From contig OZ219815.1 of the NCBI GenBank assembly GCA_964291235.2, positions 576,001-640,000 of the forward strand: a stretch of DNA of 64,000 bases, in the 5' to 3' direction. The notes under the pieces are model-generated. The model saw only the letters and a program-made list of their open reading frames with translations, did not search any database and was not told the DNA's origin. This document shows, in pieces, positions 39,987-48,807 of this stretch (position 1 is its first letter; every line of letters starts with the position of its first letter). The stretch is from Vicinamibacteria bacterium (lineage in GTDB: Bacteria > Acidobacteriota > Vicinamibacteria > Marinacidobacterales > Marinacidobacteraceae). Position numbers and translations under genes: made by a program.

Positions 39987-41672
39987 ATGACCCGAAAAAC
40001 AACCCGATTCGGCCTGTTTTTGATCTTCGCCGCCGGGCTCGGCTTACTGGCCTGTGGAGCGCCCGAGACGGAGGACCGGACCGCCCCCGGCGCCGAGACG
40101 CTCGGCGTCCGGGCCGACGGCGACACCCAGATCTCCCCCGACCTGTCGCGGATTCCCGAGGAACTGCAGCAAGTGTTCCGCCACATCGACGACAACGTGG
40201 ATCGCCAGCACGTGATGAACCTGAGGCGCTGGATCCAGCAGCCGAGCATCTCGAACTCGGGCGAGGGAATCCCCGAGTCGGCCCAGATGGTCAAGGGGTT
40301 CTTCGATCAGCTCGGTTGCCAGCATTCCCAGGTGTACGAGATCCCCATGACCGAGTGGGGGCAGCCGGGCAATCCGGTGGTGTACGCGAACTGCAACTAC
40401 GGCGCCGAGCGCACCCTGCTCATCTACTGGATGTACGACACGATGCCGATCACCCAGCCCGAGGCCTGGGTGCTCCCGCCGTTCGACGGGGAGTTCACCG
40501 AGTTCGGCCCCTTCAAGAAGGTGATGATCGGCCGCGGCGCGACCAACTCCAAGGGTCCGCAGATGGTCCAGTGGAACGCCTTCCACTCGATCTACGAGGA
40601 AACCGGCACCATGCCGGTGAACCTGATCTTCATCGCCGAGGGCGACGAGGAGCGGATGTCCATCGGCCTCCGCCAGTTCGTCCGCGAAAACCCGGATCTG
40701 TTCCGCGAGGCGGAGGCGATGTACCGCTTCGGGCGGCAGTCACGCTCCGGCGCCGCGGGCATCGGGGGCGGTTCGGAAGGCTGCGTTTACATCGAACTCA
40801 CCACCAGCGGAGCGAGCTGGGGACGGGGCCCGGTGGCCTCCAACATCCACGGATCCAGAAAACGCTCCGTGGACGCCCCGGCGCTCCGCCACGTGAAGAT
40901 GCTCTCGTCACTGGTAACCGATGACGGGAACGGGGTGTTGGTTCCCGGGTTCTACGACGGCGCCGACCCGCTGAACGACGCGGAGGAAGCGATGTTCCAA
41001 AACGCCGCCGAGAACATCGACCTGGCGGTCGCCGCCGAGAACATCGGGGTGGCCCGCTTCATCAGCGACGATCCGCTGACCTACCTGAAGAGCGCGCGCT
41101 ACGGCATTTCCTTCAACATGGACGGCGTCTGGGCCGGCAACATGTATCCGGGCGGCGCCGGCGCCATTCTGCCGAACCGCATTACCTCCAAGCACAACAT
41201 GCGCTACGTCCCCAGCATGGACGGGCTGGAGATGGTCCAGAAGATCCGGGACTACCTGGATGAGCAGGGCTACGAGGACGTCGAGATGACGATCATCGGG
41301 GACGTCCCGTGGTCGAAGTCCAGCTACGACAACCGGGCGGCGCACTCCCTGCTGCACACCTATGACATTTTCGGGATCCCCTACCGGGACCCGATCGAAG
41401 GGGAGAGCATCCTCGGCGGTTACTGGCCCGCCTATCTCTTCAGCGGCCGGGACGGGGATTTCGCCGACGGCACCGACCTCTCGATGCCGATCGTGGGCGG
41501 CGCCGGCGGCCACGGAGGCGGCTCCCACGCGGCCAACGAGTTCTGGGTGATCGAGGGCGCCGGCAACGTCTATGGGATGGCCGGCGGCGAGAAGACGGTG
41601 GCGACCTTCCTCTACGCCTACGCGGGGCTGCTCCCCGATGCCCCGGCCGAGACCGGGATGGACGAGGAATAG
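39987..41672 (+). CDS. M20/M25/M40-family metallohydrolase lipoprotein, paralog A
   Basis: GGAGGAG RBS; LLAC lipobox; QQPSIS, YDTMP...W..PPF, GRGATNSKG, EGDEE, HAANE. Confidence 0.88.
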   Translation: MTRKTTRFGLFLIFAAGLGLLACGAPETEDRTAPGAETLGVRADGDTQISPDLSRIPEELQQVFRHIDDNVDRQHVMNLRRWIQQPSISNSGEGIPESAQMVKGFFDQLGCQHSQVYEIPMTEWGQPGNPVVYANCNYGAERTLLIYWMYDTMPITQPEAWVLPPFDGEFTEFGPFKKVMIGRGATNSKGPQMVQWNAFHSIYEETGTMPVNLIFIAEGDEERMSIGLRQFVRENPDLFREAEAMYRFGRQSRSGAAGIGGGSEGCVYIELTTSGASWGRGPVASNIHGSRKRSVDAPALRHVKMLSSLVTDDGNGVLVPGFYDGADPLNDAEEAMFQNAAENIDLAVAAENIGVARFISDDPLTYLKSARYGISFNMDGVWAGNMYPGGAGAILPNRITSKHNMRYVPSMDGLEMVQKIRDYLDEQGYEDVEMTIIGDVPWSKSSYDNRAAHSLLHTYDIFGIPYRDPIEGESILGGYWPAYLFSGRDGDFADGTDLSMPIVGGAGGHGGGSHAANEFWVIEGAGNVYGMAGGEKTVATFLYAYAGLLPDAPAETGMDEE

Positions 41673-41735
41673 CAATCCGAAAGCGTTCCGCTCCGGCGTG
41701 GTCGCGTCCGCGCCGCGGGCGGCGCACCTCGCCCT

Positions 41736-41765
41736 TTGACAGGCCGGCCGGAAGGGACATATCTT
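41736..41765 (+). promoter_or_regulatory. sigma70-like promoter upstream of M20 paralog B
   Basis: TTGACA-N18-TATCTT in a GC-rich background. Confidence 0.65.
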
Positions 41766-41832
41766 CCAGAGTTGGCCGTCCCCCGGAGTGAGGTGCGGCC
41801 GCTGCTCGGTCCCACCCACGAAGGAGATTTTG

Positions 41833-43515
41833 ATGACGCGAAACGCAACCCGATTCGGCCTGTTCCTGCTGCTCGTTTGCGGGCTCGGCTGGCTCGCCTG
41901 CGGAGCCCCCGAAATGGAGGACCGGATGGCGCCCGCCACCGAGACACTCGGCGTGCGCGCCGCGGGCGACACGGAAATTGCACCCGACATGTCGCAGATC
42001 CCCGAGGAACTCCAGCAGGTGTTCGGGCACATCGACGACAACATCGATGAGCACGTGATGAATCTCCGTCGCTGGATCCAGCAGCCGAGCATCTCGAACT
42101 CGGGCGAGGGAATCCCCGAATCAGCCCAGATGGTCAAGGGGTTCTTCGACCAGCTCGGCTGTCAGCAATCGCAGGTGTACGAGATTCCCATGACCGAATG
42201 GGGGCAGCCCGGCAACCCGGTCGTGTATGCGAACTGCGACTACGGCAAGGAGCACACGATCCTCATCTACTGGATGTACGACACGATGCCGATCACCCAG
42301 CCCGAGGCCTGGGTGCTCCCGCCGTTCGACGGGGAGTTCACCGAGTTCGGCCCCTTCAAGAAGGTGATGATCGGCCGCGGCGCGACCAACTCCAAGGGTC
42401 CGCAGATGGTCCAGTGGAACGCCTTCCACTCCATCTACGAGGAGACCGGATCCATGCCGGTCAACCTGATCTTCATCGCCGAGGGTGACGAGGAGCGGAT
42501 GTCCATCGGCCTCCGGCAGTTCGTCCGCGAAAATCCGGAACTCTTCGCCGAGGCGGACGCGATGTATCGCTTCGGTTCCCAGTCGCGCTCCGGGGCCGCC
42601 GGCATCGGCGGCGGATCGGAAGGCTGCGTTTACATCGAACTCACCACCAGCGGAGCGAGCTGGGGACGGGGCCCGGTGGCCTCCAACATTCATGGGGCAC
42701 ACAAGCGCTCCACCGACGCCCCGGCGCTCCGCCACGTAAAAATGCTCTCTTCCCTGGTTACCGAGGACGGGAACGGGGTGTTGATTCCCGGGTTCTACGA
42801 CGGCGCCGACCCGCTGAACGACGCCGAGGAGGCGATGTTCCAAAACGCCGCCGAGAACATCGACATGGCCGTTGCCGCCGAGAACATCGGAGTGGCCCGC
42901 TTCATCAGCGACGATCCGCTGACCTACCTGAAGAGCGCGCGCTACGGCATTTCCTTCAACATGGACGGCGTCTGGGCCGGCAACATGTATCCCGGCGGCG
43001 CCGGCGCGATCCTGCCGAACCGGATTACCTCCAAGCACAACATGCGCTACGTCCCCAGCATGGACGGGCTGGACATGGTCCAGAAGATCCGGGACTACCT
43101 GGATGAGCAAGGCTACGAGGACGTCGAAATGACGATCATCGGAGACGTCCCGTGGTCGAAGTCCAGCTACGACAACCGGGCGGCGCATTCGCTGCTCCGC
43201 ACCTACGACGTCTTCGGCATCCGCTACCGCGATCCCCTCGAGGGCGAATCCATACTGGGCGGTTACTGGCCGGCATACCTGTTCAGCGGCAGGGACGGGG
43301 ACTTCGCCGACGGCACCGACCTCTCGATGCCGATCGTCGGCGGGGCGGCCGGACACGGCGGCGGCGCCCACGCGGCCAACGAGTTCTGGGTCATTGAGGG
43401 CGCCGGCGAGGTCTATGGGATGGCCGGGGCCGAGAAGTCGATCGCTACTTTCCTCTACGCCTATGCCGGACTGCTACCCGATGCCCCGGCCGAGACAGGG
43501 ATGGACGAGGACTAG
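41833..43515 (+). CDS. M20/M25/M40-family metallohydrolase lipoprotein, paralog B
   Basis: GAAGGAG RBS; highly similar to paralog A with long identical stretches. Confidence 0.88.
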   Translation: MTRNATRFGLFLLLVCGLGWLACGAPEMEDRMAPATETLGVRAAGDTEIAPDMSQIPEELQQVFGHIDDNIDEHVMNLRRWIQQPSISNSGEGIPESAQMVKGFFDQLGCQQSQVYEIPMTEWGQPGNPVVYANCDYGKEHTILIYWMYDTMPITQPEAWVLPPFDGEFTEFGPFKKVMIGRGATNSKGPQMVQWNAFHSIYEETGSMPVNLIFIAEGDEERMSIGLRQFVRENPELFAEADAMYRFGSQSRSGAAGIGGGSEGCVYIELTTSGASWGRGPVASNIHGAHKRSTDAPALRHVKMLSSLVTEDGNGVLIPGFYDGADPLNDAEEAMFQNAAENIDMAVAAENIGVARFISDDPLTYLKSARYGISFNMDGVWAGNMYPGGAGAILPNRITSKHNMRYVPSMDGLDMVQKIRDYLDEQGYEDVEMTIIGDVPWSKSSYDNRAAHSLLRTYDVFGIRYRDPLEGESILGGYWPAYLFSGRDGDFADGTDLSMPIVGGAAGHGGGAHAANEFWVIEGAGEVYGMAGAEKSIATFLYAYAGLLPDAPAETGMDED

Positions 43516-43694
43516 CAGCCCGTGGCAAAACCCACGCGGCGTTCGACGAGCGATGCATCCCGTCTGAACCGTGCCGCTTCGCGGCGCTCGGCGTTGCGCT
43601 TCGGTCGAAATACACCCGGTATTCCTCCCTCGCGCGCCTTCTCAGCCGGGCGCCTCGCCCGTCTCGGCGCTCACGCGGGTTTCACCACGGGCTG
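43516..43694 (-). mobile_element. Structured MITE-like element, copy 4 (179 bp)
   Basis: CTAG|CAGCCCGTGG...CCACGGGCTG|CTAG; the left CTAG contains the paralog B stop codon. Confidence 0.93.
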
Positions 43695-43808
43695 CTAGCA
43701 ACCGGAAATTGAGCAGCGCTCTGGTTCGTCCCGGGGACCCGGCTTCCGGAGGGGAGCCGGGTCCGACGTTTGGGGCGCGCCCCTGACCCCTGAAAGGCCA
43801 CGAGACCC

Positions 43809-44546
43809 ATGCCGGAGGAATCGCCTCCCACCGCAATTGAAGTTCGGGATCTCGTCAAGACGTACGTCCTGAGCGAGACCCATCGGGTGGAGGCCCTCCG
43901 TGGACTCACCCTGTCGGTGGACAAGGGGGAGTTCCTGTCGGTCCTCGGCCCGTCCGGATCCGGCAAGAGCACCCTGATGCACATCATCGGCTGTCTCGAC
44001 CAGCCGACCTCCGGGGAATACCACCTCATGGGACGCGACATCTCCCGCCTCGGGAACGACGAGCGCGCCCGCATCCGGAACGAGGAGATCGGGTTCGTCT
44101 TCCAGAGCTTCCACCTGCTCGCCCGGGCCAGCGCCCTCGAGAACGTGGAACTTCCCATGCTCTACGGGGCCAAGCGGCCGGGACGCGAAGAAAGACGCCG
44201 GAAGGCGTCCGAAGCGTTGGCGGCCGTGGGCCTCTCCGACCGGGCGACCCACGCCCCGAGCCAGCTCTCCGGAGGCCAGCAGCAGCGGGTTGCCATCGCC
44301 CGGGCCCTCGCCAACCGGCCGCGCCTCCTGCTGGCGGACGAACCGACCGGCAATCTGGACACCCGGACCGGACGGGAAATCCTCGACACCTTCGCCCGGC
44401 TCAACTCGGAACGAGGACTGACCGTGATCATGATCACCCACGACCGGCAGGTGGCGCAGTATGCCTCCCGAAGCGTTGAGCTGCGGGACGGACGAATCCT
44501 CACCGACGAAGGAATATCGAGCAATGGAGCAGACCCCGGTGCCTGA
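43809..44546 (+). CDS. ABC transporter ATP-binding protein (LolD/MacB type)
   Basis: GPSGSGKST, LSGGQQQRVAIARAL, ADEPTGNLD, ITHD. Confidence 0.96.
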   Translation: MPEESPPTAIEVRDLVKTYVLSETHRVEALRGLTLSVDKGEFLSVLGPSGSGKSTLMHIIGCLDQPTSGEYHLMGRDISRLGNDERARIRNEEIGFVFQSFHLLARASALENVELPMLYGAKRPGREERRRKASEALAAVGLSDRATHAPSQLSGGQQQRVAIARALANRPRLLLADEPTGNLDTRTGREILDTFARLNSERGLTVIMITHDRQVAQYASRSVELRDGRILTDEGISSNGADPGA

Positions 44547-46074
44547 TCCCAAAAACGGAGCACGTTTCCAGCGCCTGTTACGCGAGTTGCCCGCCGAACG
44601 GCGCACGGCGCTCGAAACCGCCGTCCAGAGCCTGCGGCGCTACCCGCTCCGGACCACGCTGACCCTGCTCGGCCTCGCGTTCGGGGTGGCGGCCCTGATG
44701 GCGACGATCGCCCTCGGTCGCGGTGCCCAGGGTGCGATCCAGGATCAGGTGCGCGCCGCCGGTCTCAACGTGATCGAGGTGACGGCCGGCAACTATCGGA
44801 CCCGCGGAGAGCGGCCCATCGGGGGCATCGAGGCGCCCGCCCGGCATGGGGCGGCCCTCCCTCCTGGCGTGCTGGAGCGCTTCCTGAGGAAGATCGAGCC
44901 GGTGGCTCTGGCGCATCCCGAGAACGATCCGATGGAAAAACACGATCATCCGACGGCCGCGGATCGGCTCGGAGATTCGGCAGCCGGTCTCGGCGCGGCG
45001 GCGACGCTGACCAGCGACGACGCCGACGCGATCGCATCGCTACCCGGTGTCGCCCATGTCGCATCAGGCATCCACGAGAGCGTCCGCATCTTCGCCGGTG
45101 ACCGACGCTGGTTCACACGGCTTCACGGCACCGACGTGGACCTCGTGCAGATCCGCCGGTCGTTCGCGATGCAGCACGGACGGTTCTTCAGTGCCGGAGA
45201 ACTGAGGCGCTCCTCCCAGGTGGTGGTGCTCGGCAGCGTCGCGCGGGACCAGCTCTTCGGCCAGGGCGAGGACCCGGTCGGCCGCGAGGTCAGCATCTGG
45301 AACCAGTCGTTCGAGGTGGTCGGCGTCGTGGTGAGCAGCAACTGGATGAATCCCGGCGCTCCCGGCGACGATGAATTCGACGCGGTGTACACACCCTTTA
45401 CCGCCGTCCATCGGCTGCTCAACGCCACGAACCTCAACTCCATCACCGTGACCGCGGCGTCGTCCGGACGGGTCACCGAGGTGTCCCGGGACATCACCGA
45501 TCTGCTCCGCGAGCGGCACGGAATCGGGGAAACCCAGGCTGACGATTTCACGGTGACGACCCAAGCGTCGGAGGTGCTCGGCAAGGGCCTTCATCCGAAG
45601 GTGGCCGAAACCCTCGCCGGCAACATCCCGAATCTCGAACGCACCACCCTGCGACAGCTCGCCGCGACCCTCGAACGTTCCAGCAGCACCATGTCGGCGC
45701 TGCTGCTCGCCATCGCGCTCGTCTCGTTGATCGTGGGCGCGATCGGGATTTCGAACGTCATGCTGCTCTCGGTGCGCGAACGGATCCGCGAAATCGGGCT
45801 GCGAATGGCGGTCGGAGCGCAGACCGGGGATGTCGGCAACCAGTTCCTCACCGAGTCCGTGCTGCTCGGCGCCGCCGGGGGGGTGCTGGGCGTCGTGATC
45901 GGCGCGGTGGCCGCGGTGGTAGTCGAGAGTTCGTTCGGATTGGCGGTCGAGGTTTCGGCAGTGGCCGGCCTGATCTCGTTCCTGGTGGCGCTCCTCACCG
46001 GAGTGATCGCCGGGGTCAGTCCGGCGCGGCGAGCCGCCCGTCTCGACCCGATCGTCGCCCTCGGTTCGGAATAG
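44524..46074 (+). CDS. MacB/FtsX-type ABC permease with His-rich insertion
   Basis: PLRTTLTLLG; SNVMLLSVRERIREIGLRMAVGA; PARRAARLDPIVAL; insertion AHPENDPMEKHDHP. Confidence 0.9.
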   Translation: MEQTPVPDPKNGARFQRLLRELPAERRTALETAVQSLRRYPLRTTLTLLGLAFGVAALMATIALGRGAQGAIQDQVRAAGLNVIEVTAGNYRTRGERPIGGIEAPARHGAALPPGVLERFLRKIEPVALAHPENDPMEKHDHPTAADRLGDSAAGLGAAATLTSDDADAIASLPGVAHVASGIHESVRIFAGDRRWFTRLHGTDVDLVQIRRSFAMQHGRFFSAGELRRSSQVVVLGSVARDQLFGQGEDPVGREVSIWNQSFEVVGVVVSSNWMNPGAPGDDEFDAVYTPFTAVHRLLNATNLNSITVTAASSGRVTEVSRDITDLLRERHGIGETQADDFTVTTQASEVLGKGLHPKVAETLAGNIPNLERTTLRQLAATLERSSSTMSALLLAIALVSLIVGAIGISNVMLLSVRERIREIGLRMAVGAQTGDVGNQFLTESVLLGAAGGVLGVVIGAVAAVVVESSFGLAVEVSAVAGLISFLVALLTGVIAGVSPARRAARLDPIVALGSE

Positions 46075-46125
46075 GAATCCGCCGGCCGGCGAGCGGCGGC
46101 AGGTTCAGTCGGGCAGCGGGATTAA

Positions 46126-46304
46126 CAGCCTGTGGACAAAGTCACGCGGCATTCGAACAGCGATGCATCCCGGCTGAACCGGGCCGCTGCGCGACCCTCA
46201 TCGTTGCGTTTCGGTCGGAATACACTCGGTATTCCTTCCTCACGCGCCTTGTCAGCCGGGCGCCTCACTGTTCTCGGTGCTCACGTCACTTTATCCACAG
46301 GCTG
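46126..46304 (-). mobile_element. Structured MITE-like element, copy 5 (179 bp)
   Basis: TTAA|CAGCCTGTGGA...TCCACAGGCTG|TTAA. Confidence 0.93.
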
Positions 46305-46495
46305 TTAACGGAGCGGTCAGGCCGGACGGATCCGCCTGAGCGAAGACCCGCTCCAGCCGCCACTGAATCCAGATTCCATCGCCGCCGCCCGAGAGGAGAA
46401 AGAACAGCAAGAAGCCGGCGGCGATCGCCGCATCAGGAAACCGGCGGACCCGCTCTTTGATCACCCGGTCTGTGCGGGGCTACCGGTATCGCTTC

Positions 46496-48694
46496 TCAGC
46501 GCTCCTGTTCCTGACGCGGCGGCGCGCCGCGCTCGGCTTCGCTGACCCGGGTCAGGGCTTCCTCGACCTGCGGCTGTTCCGCGTCGAGCGTCAAAGAGCG
46601 CTCGAACGCCTCCCGGGCTCCGGCAAAGTCGGAAACCTGAAACCGGGCGAGCCCCAGCAGGTTGAGGCTCTGCGTGTCCGGGTTCTCGAGCAGGATGGCG
46701 CGGGCCAGCAGGTCTTCGGCGTCCTCGTAGCGGCCCAAATGGAAATACGCCTCCCCGAGGACCCGAAGCAGGTCGTAGCGGTCCTGGACTTCCGCATAGA
46801 CCGGCTCCAGCAGTTCCACCACCGTCGCCGGGTTGCCCGCTTCGATTTCGAGCCCCGCCAGGAGCTCGCGGGCGCGTCCGAGGCGAGGCGCCATCGCCAC
46901 GGCTTGCTCGATCACCGGGCGAGCCTCCTCCGTCCGTTCCAGCGCCATGAGCTGTTCGCCCAGCGCCAGGCTCGTGAAGCCCGGGTTCTCCGGTCCGAAG
47001 GGCAGCATGTTGCCGTGAAAACCTGCCTCGAGCAGATTTCCGCGGGGAGATACCGTGAACGGCGCGCGGCGTGAAGACATCACGCCCCCGGCCCGGTCGA
47101 GCAGGTCCGCCTGGATCTCGTAGCGCCCCGCTCCGATGTCCAGCAGGGAAAAATCGAGCGCCACAAATCCGCTCGCCGCATCCGGCTCCGCTGGCTCGTC
47201 GCTCGTGTACGCCACCTCGCCATCGGTCAGCGGTTCGCGGCTCACGATCCGGAAGCGGACCGACGCTTCCTCGGGCGCGTGCTGGGGCACCACTCCGGCG
47301 ACAAAGTTGTCGCCGATGGCGTAAACCCCCTGCGGGTTGGGCACTACGCCGGCAAGGCCGATTCGAAAGGGGCGATAGCGCGCCGGAGCCGCTTCGATCC
47401 GCCTCCCGAGCACCAGGTCGCTGAGTCGTGCGGTTCCGTCGCGCGGTGGCACGCTGACGTCGGTCTCGATCAGGGTGTAGCTCTTCGCGCAGTCTTCCTC
47501 TTCCCGCGAGGCGCACGCCCGGTTCCGGAGCACGATGCGCACGGTGTGATCCCCCGGGATCAGCGGCAGGACACCGGCCCAGGAGAACGGGCGCTGCAGG
47601 GTGCCGCGCGCCTCTTCGTCCGTCAGGGAAACGAAGGACTCCCTCCGGAATTCGGTGACGATCTGCTCGGGGTCGTCGCGCAAGACAGCTTCGACGGACC
47701 CAATGAACGCGGTGTCATAGCTGCCGCGATCCTCGTTGCGGATGAAGGCGGTGTACTGGGCGTCCACCTGGACCACCCAATGCAGGAAGGAGGCGTCTTC
47801 AGGCCCCGGAAGAACCGCTACCGCACCGTGTCCGGGGACGTAGGTGAACAGGTAGTCGGCCTCGATCGCGCCCCGTTCGAAGTCGAGCCGGTCCGCATAG
47901 CTGTCGTCGAGGCCGCGGAACGGCACCTCGTGGATATCTCCCAGCAGGTCCAGCGAGCCGAAGGGCACGGCCTGGAACCGGGTGATGTCCTGCTCGTCGG
48001 TGCGGAAGGACATGGCCGCGTTCGCGATCTCGGGGTCGAATTCGTAGAGGACTTCGTACGCGCGTTCCATCTCGTCGCGAAAATCCCGGCGCTCGGGCTG
48101 ATAGCCGGTCAGGAGCGCCGCGGGGCCGTCCGAAATGGGGTCGTAGAGCTGTAGTTCCCCGACTCCGTGCCGTCTCCAGAAGAGGAGATAGAAGAACGCC
48201 GGAAGTCCGAAACGCTTCAGCTCCGAGTTGTTGAAGAACCAGAGTTCGGTCGGGTAGATCTCATCCCGAGCTTCGAAATTCTGGATCGATCGGGGCGCCC
48301 CGAGCAGGATGTAGTAGCGGCCGCGGTCCGTCTGCCAACCCTCGCGGAAGGTGGAGCGCCCGAACCACTTGTTCACGTAGTCGAACCGCTCGTAGTGCTC
48401 GATCCTGAACTCGTTCTCGGGGGTCGAGGGGTTGTGGTCGCGCTTCCGCCAGAAAGCATCCACGAACGACTCGCGCTGTTGCTCGGAGGTCAGCGTCAGG
48501 AACACCCGCTTCTCGCGATCGGTGATGAGATAGACGACCTCCTCGGTCAGCCAGACTTGGTAGTGCTCCGGAAGGGCCGCGATCTTCTCTTTCTCGCTCA
48601 ATTCCTCCTGCGCCGCGCCCGACGCGGTGATTCCGGCTACGAGGATCGCGGCAAGAACCAGAATGGAGGGGAGACGCCGTACTGTTGGAGCCAT
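46496..48694 (-). CDS. GWxTD-domain protein with C-terminal TPRs
   Basis: WLTEEVVYLIT..E, FWRKRD..P.T..NEF..EHY.R, EGWQTDRGR. Confidence 0.9.
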   Translation of the reverse strand: MAPTVRRLPSILVLAAILVAGITASGAAQEELSEKEKIAALPEHYQVWLTEEVVYLITDREKRVFLTLTSEQQRESFVDAFWRKRDHNPSTPENEFRIEHYERFDYVNKWFGRSTFREGWQTDRGRYYILLGAPRSIQNFEARDEIYPTELWFFNNSELKRFGLPAFFYLLFWRRHGVGELQLYDPISDGPAALLTGYQPERRDFRDEMERAYEVLYEFDPEIANAAMSFRTDEQDITRFQAVPFGSLDLLGDIHEVPFRGLDDSYADRLDFERGAIEADYLFTYVPGHGAVAVLPGPEDASFLHWVVQVDAQYTAFIRNEDRGSYDTAFIGSVEAVLRDDPEQIVTEFRRESFVSLTDEEARGTLQRPFSWAGVLPLIPGDHTVRIVLRNRACASREEEDCAKSYTLIETDVSVPPRDGTARLSDLVLGRRIEAAPARYRPFRIGLAGVVPNPQGVYAIGDNFVAGVVPQHAPEEASVRFRIVSREPLTDGEVAYTSDEPAEPDAASGFVALDFSLLDIGAGRYEIQADLLDRAGGVMSSRRAPFTVSPRGNLLEAGFHGNMLPFGPENPGFTSLALGEQLMALERTEEARPVIEQAVAMAPRLGRARELLAGLEIEAGNPATVVELLEPVYAEVQDRYDLLRVLGEAYFHLGRYEDAEDLLARAILLENPDTQSLNLLGLARFQVSDFAGAREAFERSLTLDAEQPQVEEALTRVSEAERGAPPRQEQER

Positions 48695-48807
48695 GAGGAG
48701 TTGATGGTAGTCCCCGCGAAACCGGCGCGCAAAGCACTGGTGAGGAGTGCCGCGGAGGCCCCCTCGCCCCTCCCCCGCCAAATCTTGCGATACTCCGGCC
48801 CGAGCGC

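Noticed and set aside
39987-43515. M20 tandem pair as an assembly artifact
   Set aside because: The copies differ by many synonymous and amino-acid changes and have distinct flanks
13429-46304. Element copies as CRISPR repeats or integron attC sites
   Set aside because: Dispersed, both orientations, no spacer periodicity, no consistent RYYYAAC/GTTRRRY ends, and no cas or intI gene in the window
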